DNA from: a virus
Taxonomy: Duplodnaviria; Caudoviricetes
DNA: 42,231 bases
IMG/VR virus record: IMGVR_UViG_3300032053_004601
Location: 1 to 42,231 of that record
Strand: one strand, 5' to 3'
Positions 19,230-26,206 of the stretch are shown here, piece by piece. A model generated the notes under the pieces. That model had not been told where the DNA came from. It did not search any database and saw only the letters and a list, made by a program, of their open reading frames with translations. How positions within the stretch are numbered: the stretch's first letter is position 1; each line of letters starts with the position of its first letter. Made by a program: the position numbers and the translations under genes.

Positions 19230-19523
19230 TCAGTCCTCTATTGATTCCTCATAAGGAGCATTCGACCACGACCTGCTGCCATGGTATTCAAAGGGTATAA
19301 GCTTGATAAACCGTAATCCCTCAGAAGAGAAAACAATATCTCTTGTCTTTTCATCCAAAAGAGGCTCCGCCAGCCGTTTTGTAGCAACAGCCAACGGAAA
19401 GTCTTCCGATGTTTTAATTTCAAACGCAGGCCCGCCAGAAAGGTCCGCACCAATGGCGTAGATGGGTGATTTTCCATCTTCCCACTCTGAGTTAAATATA
19501 TCTACCCGTAACACTTGTCTCAT
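19230..19523 (-). CDS. small protein downstream of kinase 1, candidate immunity protein
   Basis: Abuts the kinase stop codon; EGLRFIKLIPFEYHGSRSWS resembles KEFFDALPQILDGRRVYA in 17919..18194. Confidence 0.5.
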   Translation of the reverse strand: MRQVLRVDIFNSEWEDGKSPIYAIGADLSGGPAFEIKTSEDFPLAVATKRLAEPLLDEKTRDIVFSSEGLRFIKLIPFEYHGSRSWSNAPYEESIED

Positions 19524-20570
19524 TTACCCTCTCCCCAGCACATGCGGCACAGCAGCTCGGTTGTTCCGTATAAAAGTTCCACTATTACCCATATAATACT
19601 GAGTTCTCGGTAAAAACTTACCACTAGTCTTCAGTGCTTCCGCCCGAGTAAATATATCCTCTACTCCACGCATATCTGCTGCGCTCATTTTCAATTTTTT
19701 TGCAGCTTTAAATACTTTTTCCTTACCCGCTAAAAGTTTATTAATAGAATTTATAGATGACTCAGATAAAGGCTTCTCTTCGGGATTAAGTTTAAAATCG
19801 TCAAAAACACTAATTCTAATATATGGACTACCTGTCCGCTGAGGAATACAAAGTCCATTATCTATGGCATGAAGCTTACCATTTTCTTCATCAATCATAA
19901 TATTATTTCCATGCCTGTCCGAATTACCTGTGATTGTATCAAGTAGAAAAAGTTTTTCTACTTGGTCCACATGAGACTCAGCAAACCTAGATTGCATCCT
20001 GTCAAATGCCCCGGCCCCATTATTTCTATCCTCCACCTCTCCGTTTATTCCCTTTATCCACCGTTGCGCAGAACCTATTCCCTTCTCTGGATGAACAAAT
20101 AAATCCGTATCTGGAACTAGTCCAAGCCCCATCGTTCTATCAATAACACAAGCCAAAATCTCTCTTTTATAAAAAGTACCCTTTTCTACAAAATTTCTCA
20201 ACTTTTCACCCCGAGGGATTATTAGATTTCCTTGTCTATCCCTACCCATACATTCTCCGTTCTTTGGTTTGAAGCAAGTTTTTAATTCCTCATCCCCAAA
20301 TTTCATATACAGTTTGAACGAAAGGCTCGTAGCGCGGGTATCAGAATTAGGTTCTGTCCTTGACACCTCTCTAGAAATAAGGACATCCTGAAGATTGCTT
20401 CTATCTTCAGGAGCGGAAATAGTAGGATTCTGTTCCCTCGGTATTCTTCCCATATCATGTCCATACCTACTACCTACGGTTCTTCCTGAACCGGGTCCGC
20501 CTTCTAAAATATCCAAAACACCACGATTGAATCGCAGGCGTAAGATGTCGTAGCTCAATTTATTTATCAC
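19524..20570 (-). CDS. PI3/4-kinase/HipA-like kinase 1 with ILE|GGPGSG leader
   Basis: FKPKNGE, REILA, GLVPDT, GSAQRW, DTITGNSDRHGNNIMI, AIDNGL. Confidence 0.82.
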   Translation of the reverse strand: MINKLSYDILRLRFNRGVLDILEGGPGSGRTVGSRYGHDMGRIPREQNPTISAPEDRSNLQDVLISREVSRTEPNSDTRATSLSFKLYMKFGDEELKTCFKPKNGECMGRDRQGNLIIPRGEKLRNFVEKGTFYKREILACVIDRTMGLGLVPDTDLFVHPEKGIGSAQRWIKGINGEVEDRNNGAGAFDRMQSRFAESHVDQVEKLFLLDTITGNSDRHGNNIMIDEENGKLHAIDNGLCIPQRTGSPYIRISVFDDFKLNPEEKPLSESSINSINKLLAGKEKVFKAAKKLKMSAADMRGVEDIFTRAEALKTSGKFLPRTQYYMGNSGTFIRNNRAAVPHVLGRG

Positions 20571-20697
20571 TCTTTTTTAAAAGAATAGTAATGACAGAAT
20601 CATCATCAGTAGGAAATTCGTCTATTTCCGGCAACATGTCAAGCCACACAGAAAACTCATCGTCTGTTTCGATATCAGGTTCTATATTTTCTCTCAT
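20560..20697 (-). CDS. 45-aa acidic peptide (not in ORF track)
   Basis: Hand translation MRENIEPDIETDDEFSVWLDMLPEIDEFPTDDDSVITILLKKSDK; fills the gap exactly. Confidence 0.55.
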   Translation of the reverse strand: MRENIEPDIETDDEFSVWLDMLPEIDEFPTDDDSVITILLKKSDK

Positions 20698-20698
20698 T

Positions 20699-21085
20699 TT
20701 ATTTTGTAAATAAATGTATAAGCCCCAAAATTACCCCGAGTATGGAAATACCAGAAACGAACCAGAGTTGCCCCTGTGAAGCCTTGCCTTGGTGGCTGGA
20801 CCGAAAGTCTCGGCTTTCCCGCAACTCGTCATCATACACCTTGTGAGAAAGAATTGCTTCCGCCCGTGTGAAATAATTCTTAGATTGGTCGCTCATGGCT
20901 TGTCGAAACTCATTCATAGAAGATAAACGAGCATTCATTACCTCATCGCTCTTAGCCATTTCAGCACACAGTGCGTCAAAACGGGAATCAACGTAATCTC
21001 GCAATGTAACCCAGTCTGCCCTGTGCATAACCCCATCTTTTCCTTGTGCCAATTTACCCATTAATCTTCCCACAAGTAAAAACAT
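20699..21085 (-). CDS. coiled-coil protein with C-terminal TM segment
   Basis: VTLRDYVDSRF...MNEFR...; hydrophobic C-terminus; start uncertain. Confidence 0.55.
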   Translation of the reverse strand: MFLLVGRLMGKLAQGKDGVMHRADWVTLRDYVDSRFDALCAEMAKSDEVMNARLSSMNEFRQAMSDQSKNYFTRAEAILSHKVYDDELRESRDFRSSHQGKASQGQLWFVSGISILGVILGLIHLFTK

Positions 21086-21808
21086 TCATTTTCTATCTCC
21101 TTTTATAAAAAAATCATAGGTGAACGGTCCATCCTCCTTTGTCATGACAATCGGCTTTATCATAATATCTTTTCGTTGAACCTTAATTCCTTTTTGGTTA
21201 AGAAGGTCATGAACTCCGTTAATACCCTCAAGGATTTTCCTATCCTCGTTACCGAACTGAGGAACGGACGCTATAAAGAACGATACTTTTCCACTCCTCT
21301 TGAACCAAGTCATCCCCATTTCTTTAGAAGACAAAAAGTCAACGATGTCTTTTTTAAGCTGTGGAGTTACCTTATCTTCTATTGTAAAATGAGTCATCGG
21401 ACTGGCCTCCGAACCTGTAGCCGCAGTCAGCATCAGGACAGCGTCTTGGTCGTTATCCTTGGCAGTCTGAGCTATCATCGCCCTAGCCTTGCCATTACCC
21501 TTATAAGAGACAACCCATGTCGGCTCCACCCCCCCATATATGCCAGACCCAAAACTAACCTTCGCATCCCTCACACCGGGTATGGCTATGAGGATTTTCT
21601 CAAACTCCTGCATCTTCCTATAGACTTCGTGGGTAGACCCGCCAGCTCGGTAACTCGTTATTCCCACCCTTATTTCAGGCTCGGTTGAACCACTACCGCC
21701 GCCCGAAGTGTACTGGTTTCCCCTGAAAGGATGCCCCGGATTCTCACCCGAATTGGCATTACCCTCAGTGATTTTCCTAAATCTGGGTTTAACAATAACG
21801 TATGTCAT
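21086..21808 (-). CDS. tagged cargo protein, possible SAM-lyase-like domain
   Basis: ITE|GNANSGENPGHPFRGNQYT leader, then GIYGGVEPTW...DQDAVL. Confidence 0.45.
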   Translation of the reverse strand: MTYVIVKPRFRKITEGNANSGENPGHPFRGNQYTSGGGSGSTEPEIRVGITSYRAGGSTHEVYRKMQEFEKILIAIPGVRDAKVSFGSGIYGGVEPTWVVSYKGNGKARAMIAQTAKDNDQDAVLMLTAATGSEASPMTHFTIEDKVTPQLKKDIVDFLSSKEMGMTWFKRSGKVSFFIASVPQFGNEDRKILEGINGVHDLLNQKGIKVQRKDIMIKPIVMTKEDGPFTYDFFIKGDRK

Positions 21809-23085
21809 CTCCCCTCCGCCATCAAAACAGACCCCTCAGGAGTGCGAAAGACAACTCCGTCATTCCTCTGAAGCCAGAAACCCCCTCTTTCTACTCTCTC
21901 TACAACCCCCACCCGAACAAGAACTCCATCTAGTTCCCAAACAGTCGCCCCAACAGGAATTGTGGCTGCAGATATCCCAAACTCCATCATGGCAGCTGGC
22001 CTGATGAGCTGCATTCCGTTATTGACCAGAGTCATTGCGTTACTGACGATATTCTCGACTGCAAATCTCGGGACCGCCCTGTATCCCGTAGCATTCATGA
22101 GGTTTATAATCTGGTCGTTCAGTACCTTCCTCTGAGTTATAAAAAATTCCTGTTCTACTCCCGCAGTAATAGCAATCTTAGCCCGAGAAGCATTCATCTG
22201 GCTAAACAAATCATCAAACAAGTCTGCCACGTTCCCGGTCACGGGCGCACCCTCGGCTGTCGTAACGAATGCAGCAAGCCTGTCCAGCCCCGTTATTATC
22301 TCCGGAGACAACGCAACACCACCAGAGCCGTCTGTGTCCTGCATGTCTTCCCGAACATAAACAAGCCTGCACAAGCAATTGAAAAGACACTCCGTATCCC
22401 CTGATTTTGGGACCGTGGGAAGAGTTTCTTTTGTATATGGAGAATTTGCTGCAATATCAAGACAATCCGAACAGTGGTCCCCAATAGGATGTCCTAGTTC
22501 CCAGTGAATCAAAACCCCATCCCAGTCCTGACCTCCAGCAACGTATCCGTTCCAGAACTGTGCCTCAAGAGAATCCGCATAATCCTCGGCGCGGGCCTCC
22601 GCTCCCTTAAGAGACTCATGATTCCCTATCTGCCCAAAGGCATTCTTTGCATACCGGGATTCCTGCCTTAGAGCAATGTTAGAGAATCGCTCATCCGGCT
22701 CCGTCATTCCCTGTGACTGATAAAATGGATTCCCAGAATGCATGGCCCCAGCATTAAACGCCTGCTTGTAAAAGTCAGGACCGAACTCCTTGAACTCCGA
22801 AAGAGCATCCGCAGGCGATATAACCCCTGCGTCTATTCTTCCAGTCAAGTCCTTCAGCCGCGTAGCAAACTCATCCTTAATATCACTAAACGCCGCCAGA
22901 CCCTGCCTAGCGGCCCCACGGTCAAACCCCCCGATAGACCCCAATGCCTGACTCCATATACCCCTCTCAGTCTCCGCCTTCCACCCACCACCAAAGAGGA
23001 ACTTGCGGCCCTCGGTAAGCCAGAACTTATCAATCTCCTCTGTCAGGACCATCGAGTTACCGGGGATTTTCCTAATCAATCCCAA
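21805..23085 (-). CDS. MuF/SPP1 gp7-like head morphogenesis protein
   Basis: HWELG...DHCSDC...PKSGDTECLFNCLCRL Cys pattern; head module location. Confidence 0.7.
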   Translation of the reverse strand: MGLIRKIPGNSMVLTEEIDKFWLTEGRKFLFGGGWKAETERGIWSQALGSIGGFDRGAARQGLAAFSDIKDEFATRLKDLTGRIDAGVISPADALSEFKEFGPDFYKQAFNAGAMHSGNPFYQSQGMTEPDERFSNIALRQESRYAKNAFGQIGNHESLKGAEARAEDYADSLEAQFWNGYVAGGQDWDGVLIHWELGHPIGDHCSDCLDIAANSPYTKETLPTVPKSGDTECLFNCLCRLVYVREDMQDTDGSGGVALSPEIITGLDRLAAFVTTAEGAPVTGNVADLFDDLFSQMNASRAKIAITAGVEQEFFITQRKVLNDQIINLMNATGYRAVPRFAVENIVSNAMTLVNNGMQLIRPAAMMEFGISAATIPVGATVWELDGVLVRVGVVERVERGGFWLQRNDGVVFRTPEGSVLMAEGR

Positions 23086-23576
23086 CCTCCGGTTCTCATC
23101 TTTGAGACACGATTTAACACCCTATCCACCCTCCTTGCCTGACGAGACCACTGCCTAGCCCACTGGACAGTCGCTTTCTTTGCGGCTGGAGAGGCGGCAT
23201 TAGATGACCGAACTGCCAATATAGCATTCTTGGACCCCTCCTTCCTCCAATCCCTTTCTCCCTTGAGTATTTTTATCTGCTGTACCGTAGAAGGAGTGTT
23301 TTTAAGGGCATTTATAAGTTTATTCAATCTGTCTTTCGTAGTTTCTTTGGGAGGATATGTCCTCGTCTGATTATCGTCGGCCCGGTAAGGACTTTTAGCC
23401 TGAAATCGTCTAAGTTTTAACTTCCGGAGTATTCTATTAACTTCTCTTGGATTTTTTGTATTCTTAATATTCTTAGCCCAAGCTTTAGGCTGAGACAACC
23501 CGGACGGTCTTCTCCCCGAACCCGGACCACCCTCTACCAGAATAGTCTCAAAATCTTCGGGGAATACTTTTCTCAT
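23076..23576 (-). CDS. small basic tagged protein 6
   Basis: MRKVFPEDFETILVE|GGPGSGRRP; K/R-rich. Confidence 0.75.
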   Translation of the reverse strand: MRKVFPEDFETILVEGGPGSGRRPSGLSQPKAWAKNIKNTKNPREVNRILRKLKLRRFQAKSPYRADDNQTRTYPPKETTKDRLNKLINALKNTPSTVQQIKILKGERDWRKEGSKNAILAVRSSNAASPAAKKATVQWARQWSRQARRVDRVLNRVSKMRTGGWD

Positions 23577-23585
23577 TTGTGTCTC

Positions 23586-23849
23586 CTATGGCTTGCTATA
23601 TTTATCTATAGTTCTTTTCCAGCCAGAGGATGTGTCAAAAGACATCCTTACAAGCCTATTAAATCTATGCAGCGCATACTTTTTATTGTTAGAACGAACT
23701 CTATCTCCTACCTTCTTCCACACATCTCCATATCGTTTTTGCTGAGAAGGCCAATCAGCTTTCGCTCCCGCCCTTCCCGGTCTCCGTCCACTACCGGGGC
23801 CACCCTCAAGTAAGACTGTGGTGAATTCAGAAGCATTTACTTTTCGCAT
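23586..23849 (-). CDS. small basic tagged protein 5
   Basis: MRKVNASEFTTVLLE|GGPGSGRRP. Confidence 0.75.
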   Translation of the reverse strand: MRKVNASEFTTVLLEGGPGSGRRPGRAGAKADWPSQQKRYGDVWKKVGDRVRSNNKKYALHRFNRLVRMSFDTSSGWKRTIDKYSKP

Positions 23850-24271
23850 TTCTTCCTCCCAGCTAACTTGACCTTCTTATCTGCTCGGTCAGTCCAGTTT
23901 TTTATAAAAGGTTTGTCCGGCTTCCTATGGAGACCAAAATTCTTCATGACTGTTTCAGAATTTCTAGGTCTGGGCTTTTTTGCACCCTCTTGAAAGTTCT
24001 CCCAGTGGACCCTTCCGCCTTGACGATAACTTACCATTCCAACCGCTTTGTACGCAGCAGCTCTCCAATTTCTATTTCCTTTCGGAGCAATAAGTTTAGC
24101 CTTACCTATTTTCAATGCACCCTTGGCAATATCTTTCTCTCCCGCAGCCCGGAGTCTTCGGACCTTATGGGCCAGATAAGTTCTGGCTGTTGCCCCTCCG
24201 GGCCGTCTTCCAGAACCCGGACCACCTTCTACTAGAACAGTATTGAAATCTTCAACATTTACTTTTTTCAT
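23837..24271 (-). CDS. small basic tagged protein 4
   Basis: MKKVNVEDFNTVLVE|GGPGSGRRP. Confidence 0.75.
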   Translation of the reverse strand: MKKVNVEDFNTVLVEGGPGSGRRPGGATARTYLAHKVRRLRAAGEKDIAKGALKIGKAKLIAPKGNRNWRAAAYKAVGMVSYRQGGRVHWENFQEGAKKPRPRNSETVMKNFGLHRKPDKPFIKNWTDRADKKVKLAGRKKCEK

Positions 24272-24273
24272 AG

Positions 24274-24630
24274 TTAGTCTCCGTACATGGGTCCGTATTT
24301 TTTAGATTTAGCAGAGGCTGACATACTATACCTCTTGCTCCACGCCTTGCTCTTCATCTTCATTCCCTTCGATAATTTTTCGGCGTTTTTCTCCATCCAA
24401 CCAAGAGCCTTGATATATCTTTTTTCTCCAAGTTTTGTTTTGGCATTCCAAGATTTTGCTCTAATGACTACCTGACCAATGTCATCCCTCCTGTTGGCTA
24501 GGGAAATAAGTTTAGAAGCCGTCACTCCACTTGGCCCGACTCCCTTCCTTCCACCTCCCGGTCTACGCCCACTACCCGGACCACCCTCTAGTAAAATAGT
24601 CTTGAAATCAGACACATTTACTTTTTTCAT
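24274..24630 (-). CDS. small basic tagged protein 3
   Basis: MKKVNVSDFKTILLE|GGPGSGRRP. Confidence 0.75.
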   Translation of the reverse strand: MKKVNVSDFKTILLEGGPGSGRRPGGGRKGVGPSGVTASKLISLANRRDDIGQVVIRAKSWNAKTKLGEKRYIKALGWMEKNAEKLSKGMKMKSKAWSKRYSMSASAKSKKYGPMYGD

Positions 24631-24631
24631 A

Positions 24632-24886
24632 CTATCTCCTTTTTCCTTTTCTTAAATTACCCATGCCCAAAAACAAAGCCCGATTAGCCCGCTTTGCTAT
24701 AACCTTATTTATACCAGCCCTACTTCTAGGAGAAAAATAATCCCCACTAAAAAATCTTTCTTTACGAATAGCTTTGAGTTTATCAGCAAGATTTTTACGT
24801 GCGCCTGCATGTCCGGGCCTCGGACCACTACCGGGACCACCCTCAATAAAAACAGTAGTGAATTCAGATGCACTTACTTTTTTCAT
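24632..24886 (-). CDS. small basic tagged protein 2
   Basis: MKKVSASEFTTVFIE|GGPGSGPRP. Confidence 0.75.
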   Translation of the reverse strand: MKKVSASEFTTVFIEGGPGSGPRPGHAGARKNLADKLKAIRKERFFSGDYFSPRSRAGINKVIAKRANRALFLGMGNLRKGKRR

Positions 24887-24887
24887 A

Positions 24888-25193
24888 TTATTTTTCTTTC
24901 TTGGCCCACCTTGCCGCTTTCTGTTTTTCTACCTTATCCCAATTATACGGCTTCACAGATTTTGCATTCAATTTAGCAAGCAGCGAAATTGTAGGAATCT
25001 CTTTGATTGAAGGTATCCCTTTCCCTTTAGGGCTGCTTGTGGCCCACGGAGCAGCGGGCTTTGATTTTCTAGAGAACTTTGGATATACACGCTTACCCCC
25101 ACCCGGACCCCGTCCACCTCCCGGTCTCCTACCACTACCGGGACCACCTTCTACTAGAATAGTATTAAAATCTTTAGTATTTACTTTTTTCAT
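24888..25193 (-). CDS. small basic tagged protein 1
   Basis: MKKVNTKDFNTILVE|GGPGSGRRP. Confidence 0.75.
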   Translation of the reverse strand: MKKVNTKDFNTILVEGGPGSGRRPGGGRGPGGGKRVYPKFSRKSKPAAPWATSSPKGKGIPSIKEIPTISLLAKLNAKSVKPYNWDKVEKQKAARWAKKEK

Positions 25194-25384
25194 GATTCAT
25201 GGTCTCCTTGTTTTAGTATAAATTCTTTTCTTTCTGCAAACTCCTGCTGCTTGCCAGAATTCCAATAAGACACAGGCCGCATGTAGCCAACAACTCGACT
25301 ATAGACCTCAACATGTGCCTTACATCCCGGCTCAGAGCAGCAAGGGACAAGTTCTTTTCCACACTTTGAACAGGTTTCACTCAT
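25190..25384 (-). CDS. stand-alone NrdD C-terminal glycyl-radical-motif peptide
   Basis: CSKC...CC...C, then EVYSRVVGYMRPVSYWNSGKQQEFAER. Confidence 0.8.
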   Translation of the reverse strand: MSETCSKCGKELVPCCSEPGCKAHVEVYSRVVGYMRPVSYWNSGKQQEFAERKEFILKQGDHES

Positions 25385-25977
25385 TTCTCATCCTTTCTAA
25401 TCCACCGTCCCGTGGACGATTTTCCATATTCGTTCTTGAACCTGTACCAAGCCCAAACTCTGGGCATGGGCTTACCTGTACTCAAAGCCTCCATATAATA
25501 CTCTCTCCATTCGTTAATCAAATCAAGTCTATGATTAAACATATTTCTAATAAGAGGAGGAAGGGTGTACAGAGAATCAAACCGCTCCTTGAAAACCATA
25601 AATCCGTGTTCCCGTATCCACTTGAAAATCTTGTCTTGGTCCTCTCCGAACTTATCCTTGTCGAACATGATTGCCGCAACAACAAGATTACCAGAATCGT
25701 TCTTTACCTTTACCGAGTGAATCCCATTCTTCTCGTCTACGATAAAGCTATTGTCCCCAGTTTCTTCTGGGATTTCCTGATGGACGTTACGAACCTTTAC
25801 CAACGTCCACTTCTCTCTCATCTCTGGAGATTGATAATATCTAAGGCCGTCAACTAAAACTGATTCATTCACAGATTCCTCCTCATCCGAATCATCTTTC
25901 TTTTTCTTGGGTTCATCTTCAAACACGATGTCATCTATGTCCCAGACAAACCTACTCAAGTCTCTTTCTTCAGGCAT
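25381..25977 (-). CDS. head-associated hypothetical protein
   Basis: Likely start MPEERD at 25977 (AGGAG RBS). The AIMFDKDKF...IFKWIREHGF segment recalls a small domain seen in phage head proteins; unverified. Confidence 0.55.
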   Translation of the reverse strand: MPEERDLSRFVWDIDDIVFEDEPKKKKDDSDEEESVNESVLVDGLRYYQSPEMREKWTLVKVRNVHQEIPEETGDNSFIVDEKNGIHSVKVKNDSGNLVVAAIMFDKDKFGEDQDKIFKWIREHGFMVFKERFDSLYTLPPLIRNMFNHRLDLINEWREYYMEALSTGKPMPRVWAWYRFKNEYGKSSTGRWIRKDEK

Positions 25978-25978
25978 T

Positions 25979-26206
25979 TTATGTCTCCTTCTTAAAGTTC
26001 TTTCTATACTCTTCGGCTTCCGCCTCAGAAACTTCATGATAACTGTCTGCATCGCTTGCATACCCAGATACGGCATCAAGTGTGCTACTCGCAAATACCC
26101 ATTTTCCACTACTGTCCCATCTCTCGATAATTGGAGGAGAAACATCCATGTCCAATCGTCTCAACGACATATCCTTCTCCCCAATATAACGAATAAAATA
26201 TCTCAT
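25979..26206 (-). CDS. small acidic protein, candidate antitoxin of the RelA/SpoT domain
   Basis: ATGA-coupled to the upstream stop; ERWD...W...YHEVSEAEAEE. Confidence 0.55.
   Translation of the reverse strand: MRYFIRYIGEKDMSLRRLDMDVSPPIIERWDSSGKWVFASSTLDAVSGYASDADSYHEVSEAEAEEYRKNFKKET

Larger units (their letters stand above)
23505..25193 (-). repeat. six dispersed ~70-bp degenerate direct repeats encoding the shared leader
   Basis: ATGA(A/G)AAAAGTA...GA(A/G)GGTG(G)...GG(T)(A/T)(G/C) recurs at the start of each of six genes, with synonymous variation. Confidence 0.8.

Noticed and set aside
23505-25193. Regularly recurring repeats resembling a CRISPR array or attC cassettes
   Set aside because: Repeats are in-frame coding leaders with synonymous variation, spaced ~250-420 bp apart, non-palindromic, with no cas or integrase gene.
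25978-26145. N-terminal extension of the 254-aa ORF
   Set aside because: Overlaps the 75-aa ORF in another frame; ATG 25977 with an AGGAG RBS is the better start.
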